A stretch of 64,000 nt of DNA, from positions 25,874-89,873 of IMG/VR virus record IMGVR_UViG_3300031730_000001, one strand, 5' to 3'. This document shows, piece by piece, positions 10,665-19,489 of the stretch; the stretch's first letter is position 1; every line of letters begins with the position of its first letter. This stretch comes from a virus. The notes beneath the pieces were generated by a model that saw only the letters and a program-made list of their open reading frames with translations, searched no databases and was not told the origin of the DNA. A program made the translations under genes and the position numbers.

Positions 10665-11507
10665 ATGGTTGATCTCTGGATGCCTGGCGCGGCCCGGCAC
10701 TCTCTCGGCAACACCGGCGCGATGTCCGGCGGGCCCGCGCGCGCGGTCTGGCACATCACCTCCAACGAGCACGACTGGACGTTCAAGAACGAGCTGGGTT
10801 GGTTCACCGGTGGCGGCGCCGACGTGGCACCGCACCTTCTGTGGGACCCGTTCACCGGCGAGATGGCGCAGTTCTTCCCCGCGGACTCGCGGTCGCTGTC
10901 TCTCCAGAACGACGGCGCGGTGAAGACGAACCGGACCGGTAAGTACTGCATCCAGATCGAGACCGTCTTCACGCAGGGCGAGACCGTCGGCGGCAAGAAG
11001 TACAACGCGGTCAAGGACACCCCCTGCAAGGGCCTCGACCAGATCATGGACTGGCTGAGGAGCCTCGGCATACCCGACGTCTGGCCTGGGGGAGCCCCGA
11101 CGGGCTTCGTCCGCGATACCGTCTCCGCCGGCATGTGGGCGAACGACGGCGGCCAGTACGGGCACCACCAGATCCGCGGCAACGCGCACGTCGATCCGGG
11201 CCCGATGCCGAACCTGGCCGCGTTCGGTACGACGCCGGTCAAGCCGAAACCCAAGCCCGCCGTGAAGTACGAGCCGTTCCCGGGCGCCGCCTGGTTCTCG
11301 ATGGGCCGCACGTCGCCGATCGTCGCCGCCATGCACGACCGGCTCGTCGCCGTCGGCTGCAGCCGCTACAAGTCGTCGACGGGCAAGAGCACCATCGGCT
11401 CCGGCGACAAGGCCAGCTACGAGGCCTGGCAGGAGAAGTGCGGCTTCCCCGGCGACTGGCCGCCCGGCAAGACCACCTGGGACCTGCTCAAAGTCCCCAA
11501 CGTCTGA
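10665..11507 (+). CDS. Endolysin: amidase-like domain plus C-terminal peptidoglycan-binding domain
   Basis: VWHIT, PH, IQIE, GH, HVDPG zinc-amidase motifs; KP linker; YEPFPG...PGKTTW cell-wall-binding domain. Confidence 0.85.
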   Translation: MVDLWMPGAARHSLGNTGAMSGGPARAVWHITSNEHDWTFKNELGWFTGGGADVAPHLLWDPFTGEMAQFFPADSRSLSLQNDGAVKTNRTGKYCIQIETVFTQGETVGGKKYNAVKDTPCKGLDQIMDWLRSLGIPDVWPGGAPTGFVRDTVSAGMWANDGGQYGHHQIRGNAHVDPGPMPNLAAFGTTPVKPKPKPAVKYEPFPGAAWFSMGRTSPIVAAMHDRLVAVGCSRYKSSTGKSTIGSGDKASYEAWQEKCGFPGDWPPGKTTWDLLKVPNV

Positions 11508-11815
11508 TGGGCTACGACCGCGGCGTGCCGCCGTCTGACTGGCCGGGCATGGAGATGGTCGGCATGACCCGGCTGACTGACGAGATCTACTTCGGGTGGC
11601 TGGCCAAGGAGCCCAACCCGACGTTCTGGCATTGGTGCAGCGCGCTGGAGGGCGTACCCGCCGAGCGCAAGGTGCACGACGGCTGCTGGGTGGCCGCCGG
11701 AACGAGCAGCCACCAGCTGGTTTCGCGCGACCCGCTGCACCTCGAACCGTCCCTGCTGTGGCAGTGCTGCGGCACGCATGGTTTCGTCCGCGAGGGGAGG
11801 TGGGTGTCCGCGTGA
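11507..11815 (+). CDS. DUF6527-like small protein
   Basis: C-terminal L.PSL...C..HGFVREGRW signature. Confidence 0.55.
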   Translation: MGYDRGVPPSDWPGMEMVGMTRLTDEIYFGWLAKEPNPTFWHWCSALEGVPAERKVHDGCWVAAGTSSHQLVSRDPLHLEPSLLWQCCGTHGFVREGRWVSA

Positions 11816-12390
11816 CCGACCTCTTCTACGATCTCGAATTCCTGGAGGACGGCCGCACCATCGAGCTGATCTCGATCGGCATGGTGTGCGACGACGGCCG
11901 CGAGTACTACGCCGTCAACTCCGAGGCCCCCTGGGATCGCGTCCGGAAGCACGACTGGCTGATGCAAAACGTGTGGCCCCATCTTCCATTGCGCGGTCAC
12001 AAGAGCGGCCTGGTCACTGTCGGCGGCAAGACGGAGGTCAGGCTCACGGAGCCCGGTGTCATCGACGCCAGCAACACCCAGGTCAAACCGCGCTGGGTCA
12101 TCGCCAATGAGGTCCGCGACTTCATCCAGGCGGCGGACGACCCGCAGTTGTGGGCAAACTGCGGAGCCTACGACTTCGTTGCGTTCGCCCAACTGTGGGG
12201 CCCGCTCGTCCGCCGCCCCAAGGGCGTGCCAGTCCGAACCAACGACATCCAGCAGGAACGCGCCCGCCTCGGCATCGCCTGGGACCAACTCCCGAAGCAG
12301 GAGTCCGGCGAGCACAACGCGCTCGCCGACGCGAGACACAACCAGACCATCCGGCGCTGGCTCGCCGAACAGGAAACGAGAACCCCATGA
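11812..12390 (+). CDS. DEDD 3'-5' exoribonuclease (RNase AS / Rv2179c-like)
   Basis: FYDLEFLEDGRTIELISIG, AYDFV, HNALADA motifs. Confidence 0.85.
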   Translation: MTDLFYDLEFLEDGRTIELISIGMVCDDGREYYAVNSEAPWDRVRKHDWLMQNVWPHLPLRGHKSGLVTVGGKTEVRLTEPGVIDASNTQVKPRWVIANEVRDFIQAADDPQLWANCGAYDFVAFAQLWGPLVRRPKGVPVRTNDIQQERARLGIAWDQLPKQESGEHNALADARHNQTIRRWLAEQETRTP

Positions 12391-12755
12391 AGATCTTCGG
12401 ACGCGAACCGGCTGCGGTCCTGGCCTTCGTCAGCATCCTGGTGAAGCTCGGCTCGGCCTACGTATTCCACGCCACCCAGACTCAGCAGGCCACCGTCAAC
12501 ACGGCTGCCGCCTGCATCGTCGCCCTGGCGATCGCGTTCATGGCCCATGACGCCATCGGCGCGGCCGTGTTCAACCTGGCGCAGGCCCTCGTCGCCGCCG
12601 CAGTCGGCTTCGGGCTGAAGCTCGACGCCGATCACCAGGCGCTGTGGCTGTCGCTCGTGACCGTCGTCATCGGCCTGTGGAGCCGCACCCAGATCACCGC
12701 GAAGACGAAGGCGTCCGTGCCGCGATCCGCCCGGGCCGTACAGGACGTCGTCTGA
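12387..12755 (+). CDS. Holin
   Basis: MKIFGREP start, several hydrophobic helices, lysis context. Confidence 0.75.
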   Translation: MKIFGREPAAVLAFVSILVKLGSAYVFHATQTQQATVNTAAACIVALAIAFMAHDAIGAAVFNLAQALVAAAVGFGLKLDADHQALWLSLVTVVIGLWSRTQITAKTKASVPRSARAVQDVV

Positions 12756-12772
12756 GCCAGCCGGAGTAGCAC

Positions 12773-13120
12773 GTGCCTCCCGAGCCGTCGAACGCAGAGC
12801 TCGCCCACCGCATCGAGGCCATGCGGTTGGACCTCAAGGAGGACTTCAGGGAGCTCGGCAAGCGGCTCGACGCCAAGGTGTCCGTCGAACGCTACGAGCT
12901 GGAACGGCGGGCCGCCGACGGGGTGCACCGTGCGCTCATCGAACGCGTGGCGGCCATCGAGGCCGAGCGGGCATCGGAGAAGCGGGACACCGAGTTGGAG
13001 CGCCGGAAGCGGGAGGATGAGCGGCGCGCAGACAAGCGGCTCATCTTCTCCGCGCTGATCGTGCCGGTGCTGATCGTGCTGCTGCAGGTGTACCTCTCGT
13101 CACGGGGGGCCGGTTCGTGA
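12773..13120 (+). CDS. Coiled-coil protein with C-terminal TM helix (lysis-associated)
   Basis: Charged helix followed by LIFSALIVPVLIVLL. Confidence 0.6.
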   Translation: MPPEPSNAELAHRIEAMRLDLKEDFRELGKRLDAKVSVERYELERRAADGVHRALIERVAAIEAERASEKRDTELERRKREDERRADKRLIFSALIVPVLIVLLQVYLSSRGAGS

Positions 13121-13833
13121 GCGAACACGCATCCCCGACGAAGGAACGGCGGCGCGCCGATGTGCGGTACATAGTCGTCGCAACTGGCGCCGTCGGCTCC
13201 TTCGCCGCCATGGCGATCTGGGTACAGGGCCTCTCGCACGACCTGCGCGTCTCCAACGACGCCCGCGACGCCCTGGCCCGGCAGGTGCAGTCCCTCGGCC
13301 ACAAGCCGGTCGCCGGACCGCCCGGGTCGCGCGGCGAGGCAGGCGCATCAGTCGTCGGGCCCCGCGGACCTCAGGGCGTCGCCGGCTCGCCGGGCCCGAC
13401 CGGATCACCCGGCAGTACGGGCAAGACCGGGGCGACCGGCGCGCCAGGCGCCACCGGATCACCCGGAGTCGGCGTCACCGGGGCCGCCGGCAGCCCAGGC
13501 CCCGCTGGACCCCAAGGTGAGGCCGGGCCGGCAGGCCCCCAAGGCGACCAGGGTCCGAAGGGCGACACCGGGGACACGGGCGCGACCGGCCCAGCACCGT
13601 CCGGCTGGACGTTCACCGACGGCACCGGGGTCACCCAGGAGTGCGCACCTGACAGTGAAGGCTCCACCCACTACACGTGCACGCCCGCCCCGGCGAGCCC
13701 TTCGCCCACTCCGTCGAATCCGGAGTCCGCGGTGCTGGTGCTCAGTTCCGCGCTCGTCCGCAGGAGGATCGATGCCCCAAGCAGTACCCGCGGCCGACAC
13801 CGGGCGGTCCGCCACCGCGGTGCCCATCGCTGA
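13117..13833 (+). CDS. Membrane-anchored collagen-like protein
   Basis: N-terminal TM helix and long G-X-Y repeat. Confidence 0.8.
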   Translation: MSEHASPTKERRRADVRYIVVATGAVGSFAAMAIWVQGLSHDLRVSNDARDALARQVQSLGHKPVAGPPGSRGEAGASVVGPRGPQGVAGSPGPTGSPGSTGKTGATGAPGATGSPGVGVTGAAGSPGPAGPQGEAGPAGPQGDQGPKGDTGDTGATGPAPSGWTFTDGTGVTQECAPDSEGSTHYTCTPAPASPSPTPSNPESAVLVLSSALVRRRIDAPSSTRGRHRAVRHRGAHR

Positions 13834-13990
13834 ACCGGCCCCGCGGACTCCCCGCCGCGACGACACTGCGGCCGACGCCGGGTCGCTGGAGCGCGCGGGC
13901 CGCCTCGACCCGCAGCCGGTCCCCGCGCCGTCGATCAGCCCGTTCCTGGCGCCCGACCTGCCGCCCTACGAGGAGGACAACGGGACCTAA
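13772..13990 (+). CDS. Hypothetical protein
   Basis: AGGAGG SD before ATG; 72 aa. Confidence 0.4.
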   Translation: MPQAVPAADTGRSATAVPIAEPAPRTPRRDDTAADAGSLERAGRLDPQPVPAPSISPFLAPDLPPYEEDNGT

Positions 13991-14003
13991 CCTTGTCGTT
14001 GAC

Positions 14004-15357
14004 TCGCCAGAAGGGGGGCGACTAGCCGCCCAGTAAGTGCCTTGACCTGCACTTTTGATGCTAGAATGGGTCAACTTAGCTTCTGCTGGAGGGTGTTGCC
14101 TTGCTGACGGGTCGTCGCTACCGGCTCGCGCTCACGCCCGAGACAGGAGGCGCAGTGCGAGGAGTACGCCAACACCTGCCGCGCCGTATGGAACACCGGC
14201 CTCGAACAACGCCGGGAGTATCGGCGGCGCGGGGCGTGGATGAACTTCGTGCCACAGTGCGCCGAGCTCGCGGAGGCCAGGCAGGCGCTTGAGTGGCTGC
14301 GCGCCGCGCCTTCCTGCATTCATCAACAGACGTTGCGGGACCTTGAACAAGCCTGCCGCGAGCGCGGCACGTGGAAAGTGCGATGGCGGTCGAAGGCGCG
14401 CTGGAGCCCGTCGTTTCGCTTTCCTGACAGGAGATGGCTTCGCGTAGAGCGGCTTGGCCGCAAGTGGGGCCGGGTCAAGCTGCCAAAACTCGGATGGGTC
14501 CGCTTCCGTTGGTCGCGCCCCCCGGGCGGTGAGATCCACTCCGCCACGGTGTCCCGAAAAGGTGCGCACTGGTTCGTTTCCCTCCTGATAGACGACGGTC
14601 GGGAGGTGCCCGAGAAGCACGCCATGCCGAACACGGCGGTAGGCATAGATCGGGGCGTGAAGGTCGCCGCAGTCACCTCCGATGGCGCGTTCCATGACCG
14701 GGAGTTCATCACTGCTGGCGAGGCCGGCCGGTATCGACGGTTGCAGCAGAAGCTAGCCCGCTCCAGGCGTGGATCCGCGAACCGGCGCAAGACCATCACG
14801 GCCATGGGCCGAATCACGAGCCGAGCGTCAGACCGCCGTGGTGACTTCTGCGCCTTCACCGCGAACCGCATCACCGGGCGGAACGCCGTGGTGGTGCTGG
14901 AAGACCTCAAGATAAAAAACATGACCGCATCGGCGTCCAGAACTCTGGACGAGCCGGGTGAGCGAGTCGCTCAGAAGCGCGGCCTGAACCGCAGCATCCT
15001 CGACAAGGGGTGGAGCCGCCTTGGGCTCGCCCTTGCCAACGCCGCCCGATACACGGGCACCTCCGTGGTTCTGGTTAATCCCGCGTACACCTCGCAGCGT
15101 TGCCACGCCTGCGGGTTCGTCACTGAAGGCAACCGCGAGAGCCAAGCGGTCTTCGTGTGCAAGAACCCTGGGTGTGGCCACGCAGACCATGCCGACGTGA
15201 ACGCCGCAAAGAACATCCTCAGCGCCGCAGGGCATGTGGTGCCAGCCTGTGGAGACCTCGCCGTTGGGCGGTCCGCGAAGCAGGAACCCGGAGGCCGGGC
15301 GACCGGCCGAACCCTTCGTTTGGGAATCTCCGGCCTCCATGCCGGAGAGGAAGCCAA
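14004..15357 (+). mobile_element. IS200/IS605-family (IS1341-like, tnpB only) insertion
   Basis: TTGAC at 13999-14003, hairpin 14016-14031, tnpB, right-end hairpin TCTCCGGC...GCCGGAGA followed by GGAAGCCAA; ends are inferred. Confidence 0.7.
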
Positions 15358-15394
15358 CTGCTCGTCAGCCTGTCCACCCTCCCTCTGCCTCTGA
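14101..15394 (+). pseudogene. tnpB: RNA-guided endonuclease TnpB with a 1-nt frameshift at about 14143
   Basis: MLTGRRYRLALTPE continues as QEAQCEEYANTCRAVWN only after skipping A14143; RuvC GID / LEDL / HADVNAA and zinc finger intact. Confidence 0.85.
15230..15377 (+). ncRNA. Putative TnpB omegaRNA/reRNA scaffold plus guide
   Basis: Typical GGAGACCT...GAAGCAGGAAC...GGAATC-hairpin architecture overlapping the tnpB 3' end; boundaries approximate. Confidence 0.55.
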
Positions 15395-15405
15395 CCGGCA
15401 CGACT

Positions 15406-15437
15406 GCGCCCCCGCTGCCTTCGGGCGGTGGGGGCGC
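15406..15437. terminator. Hairpin between convergent genes
   Basis: GCGCCCCCGCTGCC-TTCG-GGCGGTGGGGGCGC. Confidence 0.6.
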
Positions 15438-15441
15438 TTCC

Positions 15442-16050
15442 TCACGTCCCGTCGGTGAACGGCGGATTCTCCAGGTGCCGGGCGAGGATCCATTCCTCGT
15501 CGCCGCGGCGGCAGGTCAGGATGAGCCGGATCGGCTTGCCGACGTACTCGCCTTGCCACATGGCCTGGGACTTGCCCTCCATCCAGCGCCCGGGCCTGGT
15601 GCGCTGCATCGCGCGTTGCGTCCCAGTACCCACGTCGAGCGGGAAGGCTTCGGGCCCGCGCCCGTGCTCGTCGGTTCCGTTGCTGCCGTGTGAGAAGCGG
15701 AAGGGCCCCCAGACGAAGGCGTCGACGTCGGCCTGCGTCACGTTCCTCTCCGGGTGGAGGACATTGCGTTCCTTGTCGTCGTCGCCGACGACTATGCGTA
15801 CCTCGTCGAGGCGGCGCAGCGCGTCGGGCCCGCTGAGATGCACGTTGAGGAGGGCCTGGCCGTTGCCGGTATCTATCAGCTCAAGGTCGAACTGCGGCGT
15901 CAGCTCGGCGTGCCACCGGTCCTGCTCGATGTGGGTCATGGCGTCCGCGGTCTCCGCGGATCGGTGGGCGGCGAGCCATGCGCCGGCCGTCGCGACCGCA
16001 CTGAGGGCGGCCGTAGAGAAGGTGGCGACGTCGCCCCAATGGATGCTCAT
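15442..16050 (-). CDS. Hypothetical protein with N-terminal TM helix (moron)
   Basis: MSIHWGDVATFSTAALSAVATAGAWLAA; flanked by hairpins. Confidence 0.7.
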   Translation of the reverse strand: MSIHWGDVATFSTAALSAVATAGAWLAAHRSAETADAMTHIEQDRWHAELTPQFDLELIDTGNGQALLNVHLSGPDALRRLDEVRIVVGDDDKERNVLHPERNVTQADVDAFVWGPFRFSHGSNGTDEHGRGPEAFPLDVGTGTQRAMQRTRPGRWMEGKSQAMWQGEYVGKPIRLILTCRRGDEEWILARHLENPPFTDGT

Positions 16051-16100
16051 GCGGCGGGAGCGTAGCGGGAGTTGACCGCTGGCGAACCCGGCACGACAAC

Positions 16101-16146
16101 GCCCCGCCCTCTCACTGCCTTCCGGCGGCGGGGGAGCGGGGCTTTT
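16101..16146. terminator. Hairpin terminator
   Basis: GCCCCGC...GCGGGGC followed by TTTT. Confidence 0.55.
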
Positions 16147-16163
16147 CTGTCGTTGCGGGAGGT

Positions 16164-16346
16164 CTACTCCCGTTCGCGGATCGCCTGCGCCAGGTCTCTG
16201 ATCGCCGCCCCGACGGCTAGGAGGGCGTGCACCTGGGCCCTGGCAAGCAGCGCTGCCTGATCGCCGGAGCCGTCTTCTCTGGCGTGGCTGTCGTCCAGGT
16301 TGTTGAGTGCTCGCGCCTGTAGCTGGTCGTACCTTCGCTCTGTCAT
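16164..16346 (-). CDS. Hypothetical protein
   Basis: 60 aa helical ORF with GAGG SD. Confidence 0.55.
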   Translation of the reverse strand: MTERRYDQLQARALNNLDDSHAREDGSGDQAALLARAQVHALLAVGAAIRDLAQAIRERE

Positions 16347-16478
16347 GGCCGCCCTCTCGTCTACTACAGGGCGAGAGTCTGCCGAAGGTGGGCCCATCTG
16401 TCAGGAGGGCCTCGGCGACTTCATAGCGCATAACGCCTTGTGAAGCGCGCCGAGTTGACCGGGTTCGGCATTCTCCAC

Positions 16479-16510
16479 CGCTACAGAATAATGACCGTTA
16501 TCCTGTAGCG
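16479..16510. other. dif/lox-like tyrosine recombinase core site (13-6-13 inverted repeat)
   Basis: CGCTACAGAATAA-TGACCG-TTATCCTGTAGCG, one mismatch between arms, abutting the recombinase ATG. Confidence 0.75.
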
Positions 16511-17551
16511 ATGAACACGCTTCCCGTCATCCGATCCACCGGGACCAGCCCCGACCGTCCAACCCAACGGGCCATCACGCTCCGCGGCAGGCCGCCCGCT
16601 TCGACCCCCGACGCACTGCTCGCGCTACTCGCTGAGGCCGGCGCCGGGCCCACCGTCCTGAAGGCCACCCGATCGTGGCTCGCCAAGCGCCCGAGTGGGC
16701 ACAGCAAGACCGCCTACGCCAAAGACGCCGCCTGGTGGCTCGCCTTCTGTGCCGCCAGTGACACCGACCCCACGCGCGCACGGGCCACCGACGCCGACGA
16801 CTACGAAACGGCGCTCCGCGAGACAGGCCTGGCCAAGTCAACTCGTGGGCGCCGCCTGGCTGCCGCGTCGAGCTGGTACACCTACCTGATCCGCGCGGAC
16901 GTCGCCGACCGGAACCCATTCGAGGGGATGGAGCGACCCTCAGTCTCCGCCGACGACTCACCCACCCGCGGACTCACCGCCGACCAGCTCGGCAGGCTGC
17001 TCAACCACGCCCGCGCTCGCGAGTCGACGCGCACCTATGCCCTGCTCGTCACGCTCGCCACCACCGCGGGTCGCATCGGCTCCGTCCTCGCTCTCACCGT
17101 AGGCAAGCTTGGCCACGACCAGGGTCACCGCGTCGCCGACCTGATCGTGAAGGGCGACAAGACCAAGCGCGTCGTCCTGGTCCCGCTCGCCGTCGAGGCC
17201 ATCGACCGCCACATGGACGGTCGACCCCTCCAGGACGACGACTATGTGTTCGCCACCAGTACCGGGCGGCCGATGGACGAACCGGCCGCCTTCCGTCTCG
17301 TTCGACGCGTAGCCGGGGCGGCAAGGCTTCCGCACGCCGACCAGTTGTCGCCCCACTCGCTGCGCCACTCCTACGCAACGGCGCTCCTGAGCAAGGGCGT
17401 CCCCCTCGCGGATGTGCAGGACGCCATGGGGCACGCAGACCCGCGCACCACTCGCCGCTACGACCGGGCCGCCGGGGCACTCGACCGCTCGCCGTCATAC
17501 AAGATGCAGGACGAGATCACGGCCGCGATGCGGGCTGCGGAGGGTGAGTAA
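16511..17551 (+). CDS. XerC/D-like tyrosine recombinase
   Basis: R (AGRI), K (VKGDK), HSLRH, GHAD and TTRRY catalytic motifs; no arm-binding domain evident. Confidence 0.92.
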   Translation: MNTLPVIRSTGTSPDRPTQRAITLRGRPPASTPDALLALLAEAGAGPTVLKATRSWLAKRPSGHSKTAYAKDAAWWLAFCAASDTDPTRARATDADDYETALRETGLAKSTRGRRLAAASSWYTYLIRADVADRNPFEGMERPSVSADDSPTRGLTADQLGRLLNHARARESTRTYALLVTLATTAGRIGSVLALTVGKLGHDQGHRVADLIVKGDKTKRVVLVPLAVEAIDRHMDGRPLQDDDYVFATSTGRPMDEPAAFRLVRRVAGAARLPHADQLSPHSLRHSYATALLSKGVPLADVQDAMGHADPRTTRRYDRAAGALDRSPSYKMQDEITAAMRAAEGE

Positions 17552-17816
17552 CTGCCGCCCCGTTCTGTCATGCTGGGAGCAGCCCGCCTCGTCCCCCCGT
17601 CGAGGCGGGCGCTCGCGCGTTCACTCTTGGTTGAAGTTGACGCCCCGAATTTCAAGGTTGCGGCCCTACAGTTGAACTTGCGGCATCCGGGTGGAAGACC
17701 CGGCGCTCACGCCTCGCGCCGCTTGGGAGGTGGCCCGACTGCCCTCGTGGAGTCGGAGAACCCCTGTGCCGCATCGAGTGGCTGTCCGCGCCGACGCGCG
17801 GGCGGCCACTTGCACG

Positions 17817-18002
17817 TCACCCCTTCGGTTCCGGCAACACCCCCGGCTTGACCGGCACGATCTCCACGTCGGTGGCGCCGCCCGTCTCCAGCTCCGCCTT
17901 CCGCTGCCCAGCGCTGGCTTGGTCGTAGGCGACAGCGGACGCGCGGTGCGCCCCGTCTGGGTCGGTCCAGGTGAGGGCGAAGCTCTTCATGGTGGTCGTC
18001 AT
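17817..18002 (-). CDS. Hypothetical protein
   Basis: 61 aa ORF with GC3-biased codons. Confidence 0.55.
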   Translation of the reverse strand: MTTTMKSFALTWTDPDGAHRASAVAYDQASAGQRKAELETGGATDVEIVPVKPGVLPEPKG

Positions 18003-18037
18003 GCGCTCATCATCGCTGCCGGGCCTGACAGTCACCG

Positions 18038-18160
18038 TCAGACGAACCGGCGCATTCGCGGGTCGAGCTTTCCGAGGGTGCACATCCACACCATCATGTC
18101 CATCATCCCGAAGCTGAGCCGCAGCGACAGCCGCACCAGCGAGATCGCCAATCCGATCAT
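18038..18160 (-). CDS. Small hydrophobic peptide
   Basis: 40 aa MIGLAISLVRLSL..., AAGGGG SD. Confidence 0.4.
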   Translation of the reverse strand: MIGLAISLVRLSLRLSFGMMDMMVWMCTLGKLDPRMRRFV

Positions 18161-18287
18161 TTCGTCCCCCTTCAATGCCGAAGCCAGGACTACACGTCGG
18201 GGCCCTGACCCCGCGTTGGCGGATCCCGGGATCTCGCCAGAACGGGCTGCCCAGTCCAGGTGGCTGGGATCGGCGTTCTGGCGCCGG

Positions 18288-18614
18288 CTAGTACTCGCTG
18301 AGCCCGAGTTCCCGGTCGGGCCGGCAGTGCTCGCACGGGTGCATGAACCCCTTGTCTTTGGCAAGGGCGAAGCGGGCTTCGGCTTCGGTGAGGGTGGCGG
18401 CGGGCGGTCCGATGTGGGTGCAGGTGGCGAGGTGGATGGTGGCGCCGACGGCCTGCCCGGCTTTGCGTTCCTGCTCGGTGATGTAGCCGCCTGCCGTTTT
18501 GGCCTGCTGCTCAGCCTGCTCGATCTTCCGCCTCGTATCCCGCAGCTGCCAGTCGAGCCACTCTTCGAGGGCGCGCAGTTTGGCGAGCCGCTCGGCTGGC
18601 GTTAGATCGGACAT
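18288..18614 (-). CDS. DUF6233-like protein
   Basis: IH...C...EARFAL...CEHCRPDRELG signature. Confidence 0.7.
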   Translation of the reverse strand: MSDLTPAERLAKLRALEEWLDWQLRDTRRKIEQAEQQAKTAGGYITEQERKAGQAVGATIHLATCTHIGPPAATLTEAEARFALAKDKGFMHPCEHCRPDRELGLSEY

Positions 18615-18622
18615 GTGTTCGA
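18607..18622. promoter_or_regulatory. LexA/SOS box-like site
   Basis: TCGGAC-ATGT-GTTCGA vs actinobacterial consensus TCGAAC-N4-GTTCGA. Confidence 0.55.
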
Positions 18623-18659
18623 GTCTAGGGGTGGGGTCGCCGGCTGGCATCCTGGGGGT

Positions 18660-18857
18660 GTGACCACCCCGGACCGCTACCGCCTCACCCTGACCGTCGA
18701 CGGCCGGCCCGTCGCGCACGGCTGGTGGCCGTCGGAGCAGGTGGCGCGCGACCGGCATACGGAGTGGGTGGGGGACTGGGGCAGGCCCGGCGCCAGCGTC
18801 GCGCTCGTCGACGAGGAGAGCGGCGAGACGCTGACGAGCTGGCCGGACGAGGCGTGA
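18660..18857 (+). CDS. Hypothetical protein
   Basis: RYRLTLTVDGRPVAHGWW...LTSWP, typical of Streptomyces prophages. Confidence 0.6.
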   Translation: MTTPDRYRLTLTVDGRPVAHGWWPSEQVARDRHTEWVGDWGRPGASVALVDEESGETLTSWPDEA

Positions 18858-18876
18858 GGTCTGCCATCCTGTGCTC

Positions 18877-19104
18877 ATGAATGCGATCCGTCGGGCGGCC
18901 GTCGCCTACTACCGGGCCAACGTGGACGCCTGGGTGGCCCTGAAGCGTCTCCTGCCCCGCGACCCGGATCCGTGGGTTCTCTCCGGGCTGGCACAGTTCG
19001 GCGCGGTAATCACCCTGCTGGCGTCGGGCCACTCGGATGCGGCCCTCATCGTCGGCGCGTCCAGTCTGTGGCTGCTCGTCCTGCAGCGGGCCTTCGAACG
19101 CTGA
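18877..19104 (+). CDS. Small membrane protein
   Basis: Two hydrophobic segments. Confidence 0.4.
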   Translation: MNAIRRAAVAYYRANVDAWVALKRLLPRDPDPWVLSGLAQFGAVITLLASGHSDAALIVGASSLWLLVLQRAFER

Positions 19105-19218
19105 CCCCGCCCGCGTTGTCAGTGGCGCCCGCTACGCTGGTCCCACTATCCGGCATTGAGATCCAGTCGGGTTTGCTGCACCCCGTCGAGCGTGGAACCC
19201 CGACGGGGTGCGCTGCTG

Positions 19219-19422
19219 TCAGCCTTCGGCCGCCGGATGCCGCACGACCCGCTTCAGTTCCATCTCCACCTCGTACCGGTCGCGCCCGGCCTCCGCTGCG
19301 TACTCGCTGACCGCCTCATGCACGGCCTGCGCCGTCTCCACGGTGAGCTGCCCGGCCCGGATTTCAGCCCAGGCGCGGGACTCCAGGTCGAGCAGGTGCG
19401 GGGGGAAGTCGATGTCGGTCAC
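19219..19422 (-). CDS. Hypothetical protein
   Basis: 67 aa ending RYEVEMELKRVVRHP. Confidence 0.55.
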   Translation of the reverse strand: MTDIDFPPHLLDLESRAWAEIRAGQLTVETAQAVHEAVSEYAAEAGRDRYEVEMELKRVVRHPAAEG

Positions 19423-19489
19423 TGGGGGATCTTAGATTGTTCACCGCTTCCCCTTGGGGGCGGTACTCCCCGTAGCGGACGCTGATCGC

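Noticed and set aside
13300-13600. 9-bp periodic repeats
   Set aside because: These are the collagen G-X-Y coding sequence
14042-14067. TTGACC...TAGAAT promoter upstream of tnpB
   Set aside because: Spacer is only 14 bp
14240-15394. TnpB as a nuclease-dead domesticated regulator (TldR-like) or Cas12
   Set aside because: All three RuvC acidic residues are present, IS-like ends remain, and no array or convincing guide target was seen in the window
17042-17051. 10-nt match (CTGCTCGTCA) to the predicted TnpB guide inside the Xer-like gene
   Set aside because: Too short, lacks the TTGAC TAM, and is expected by chance in GC-rich coding DNA
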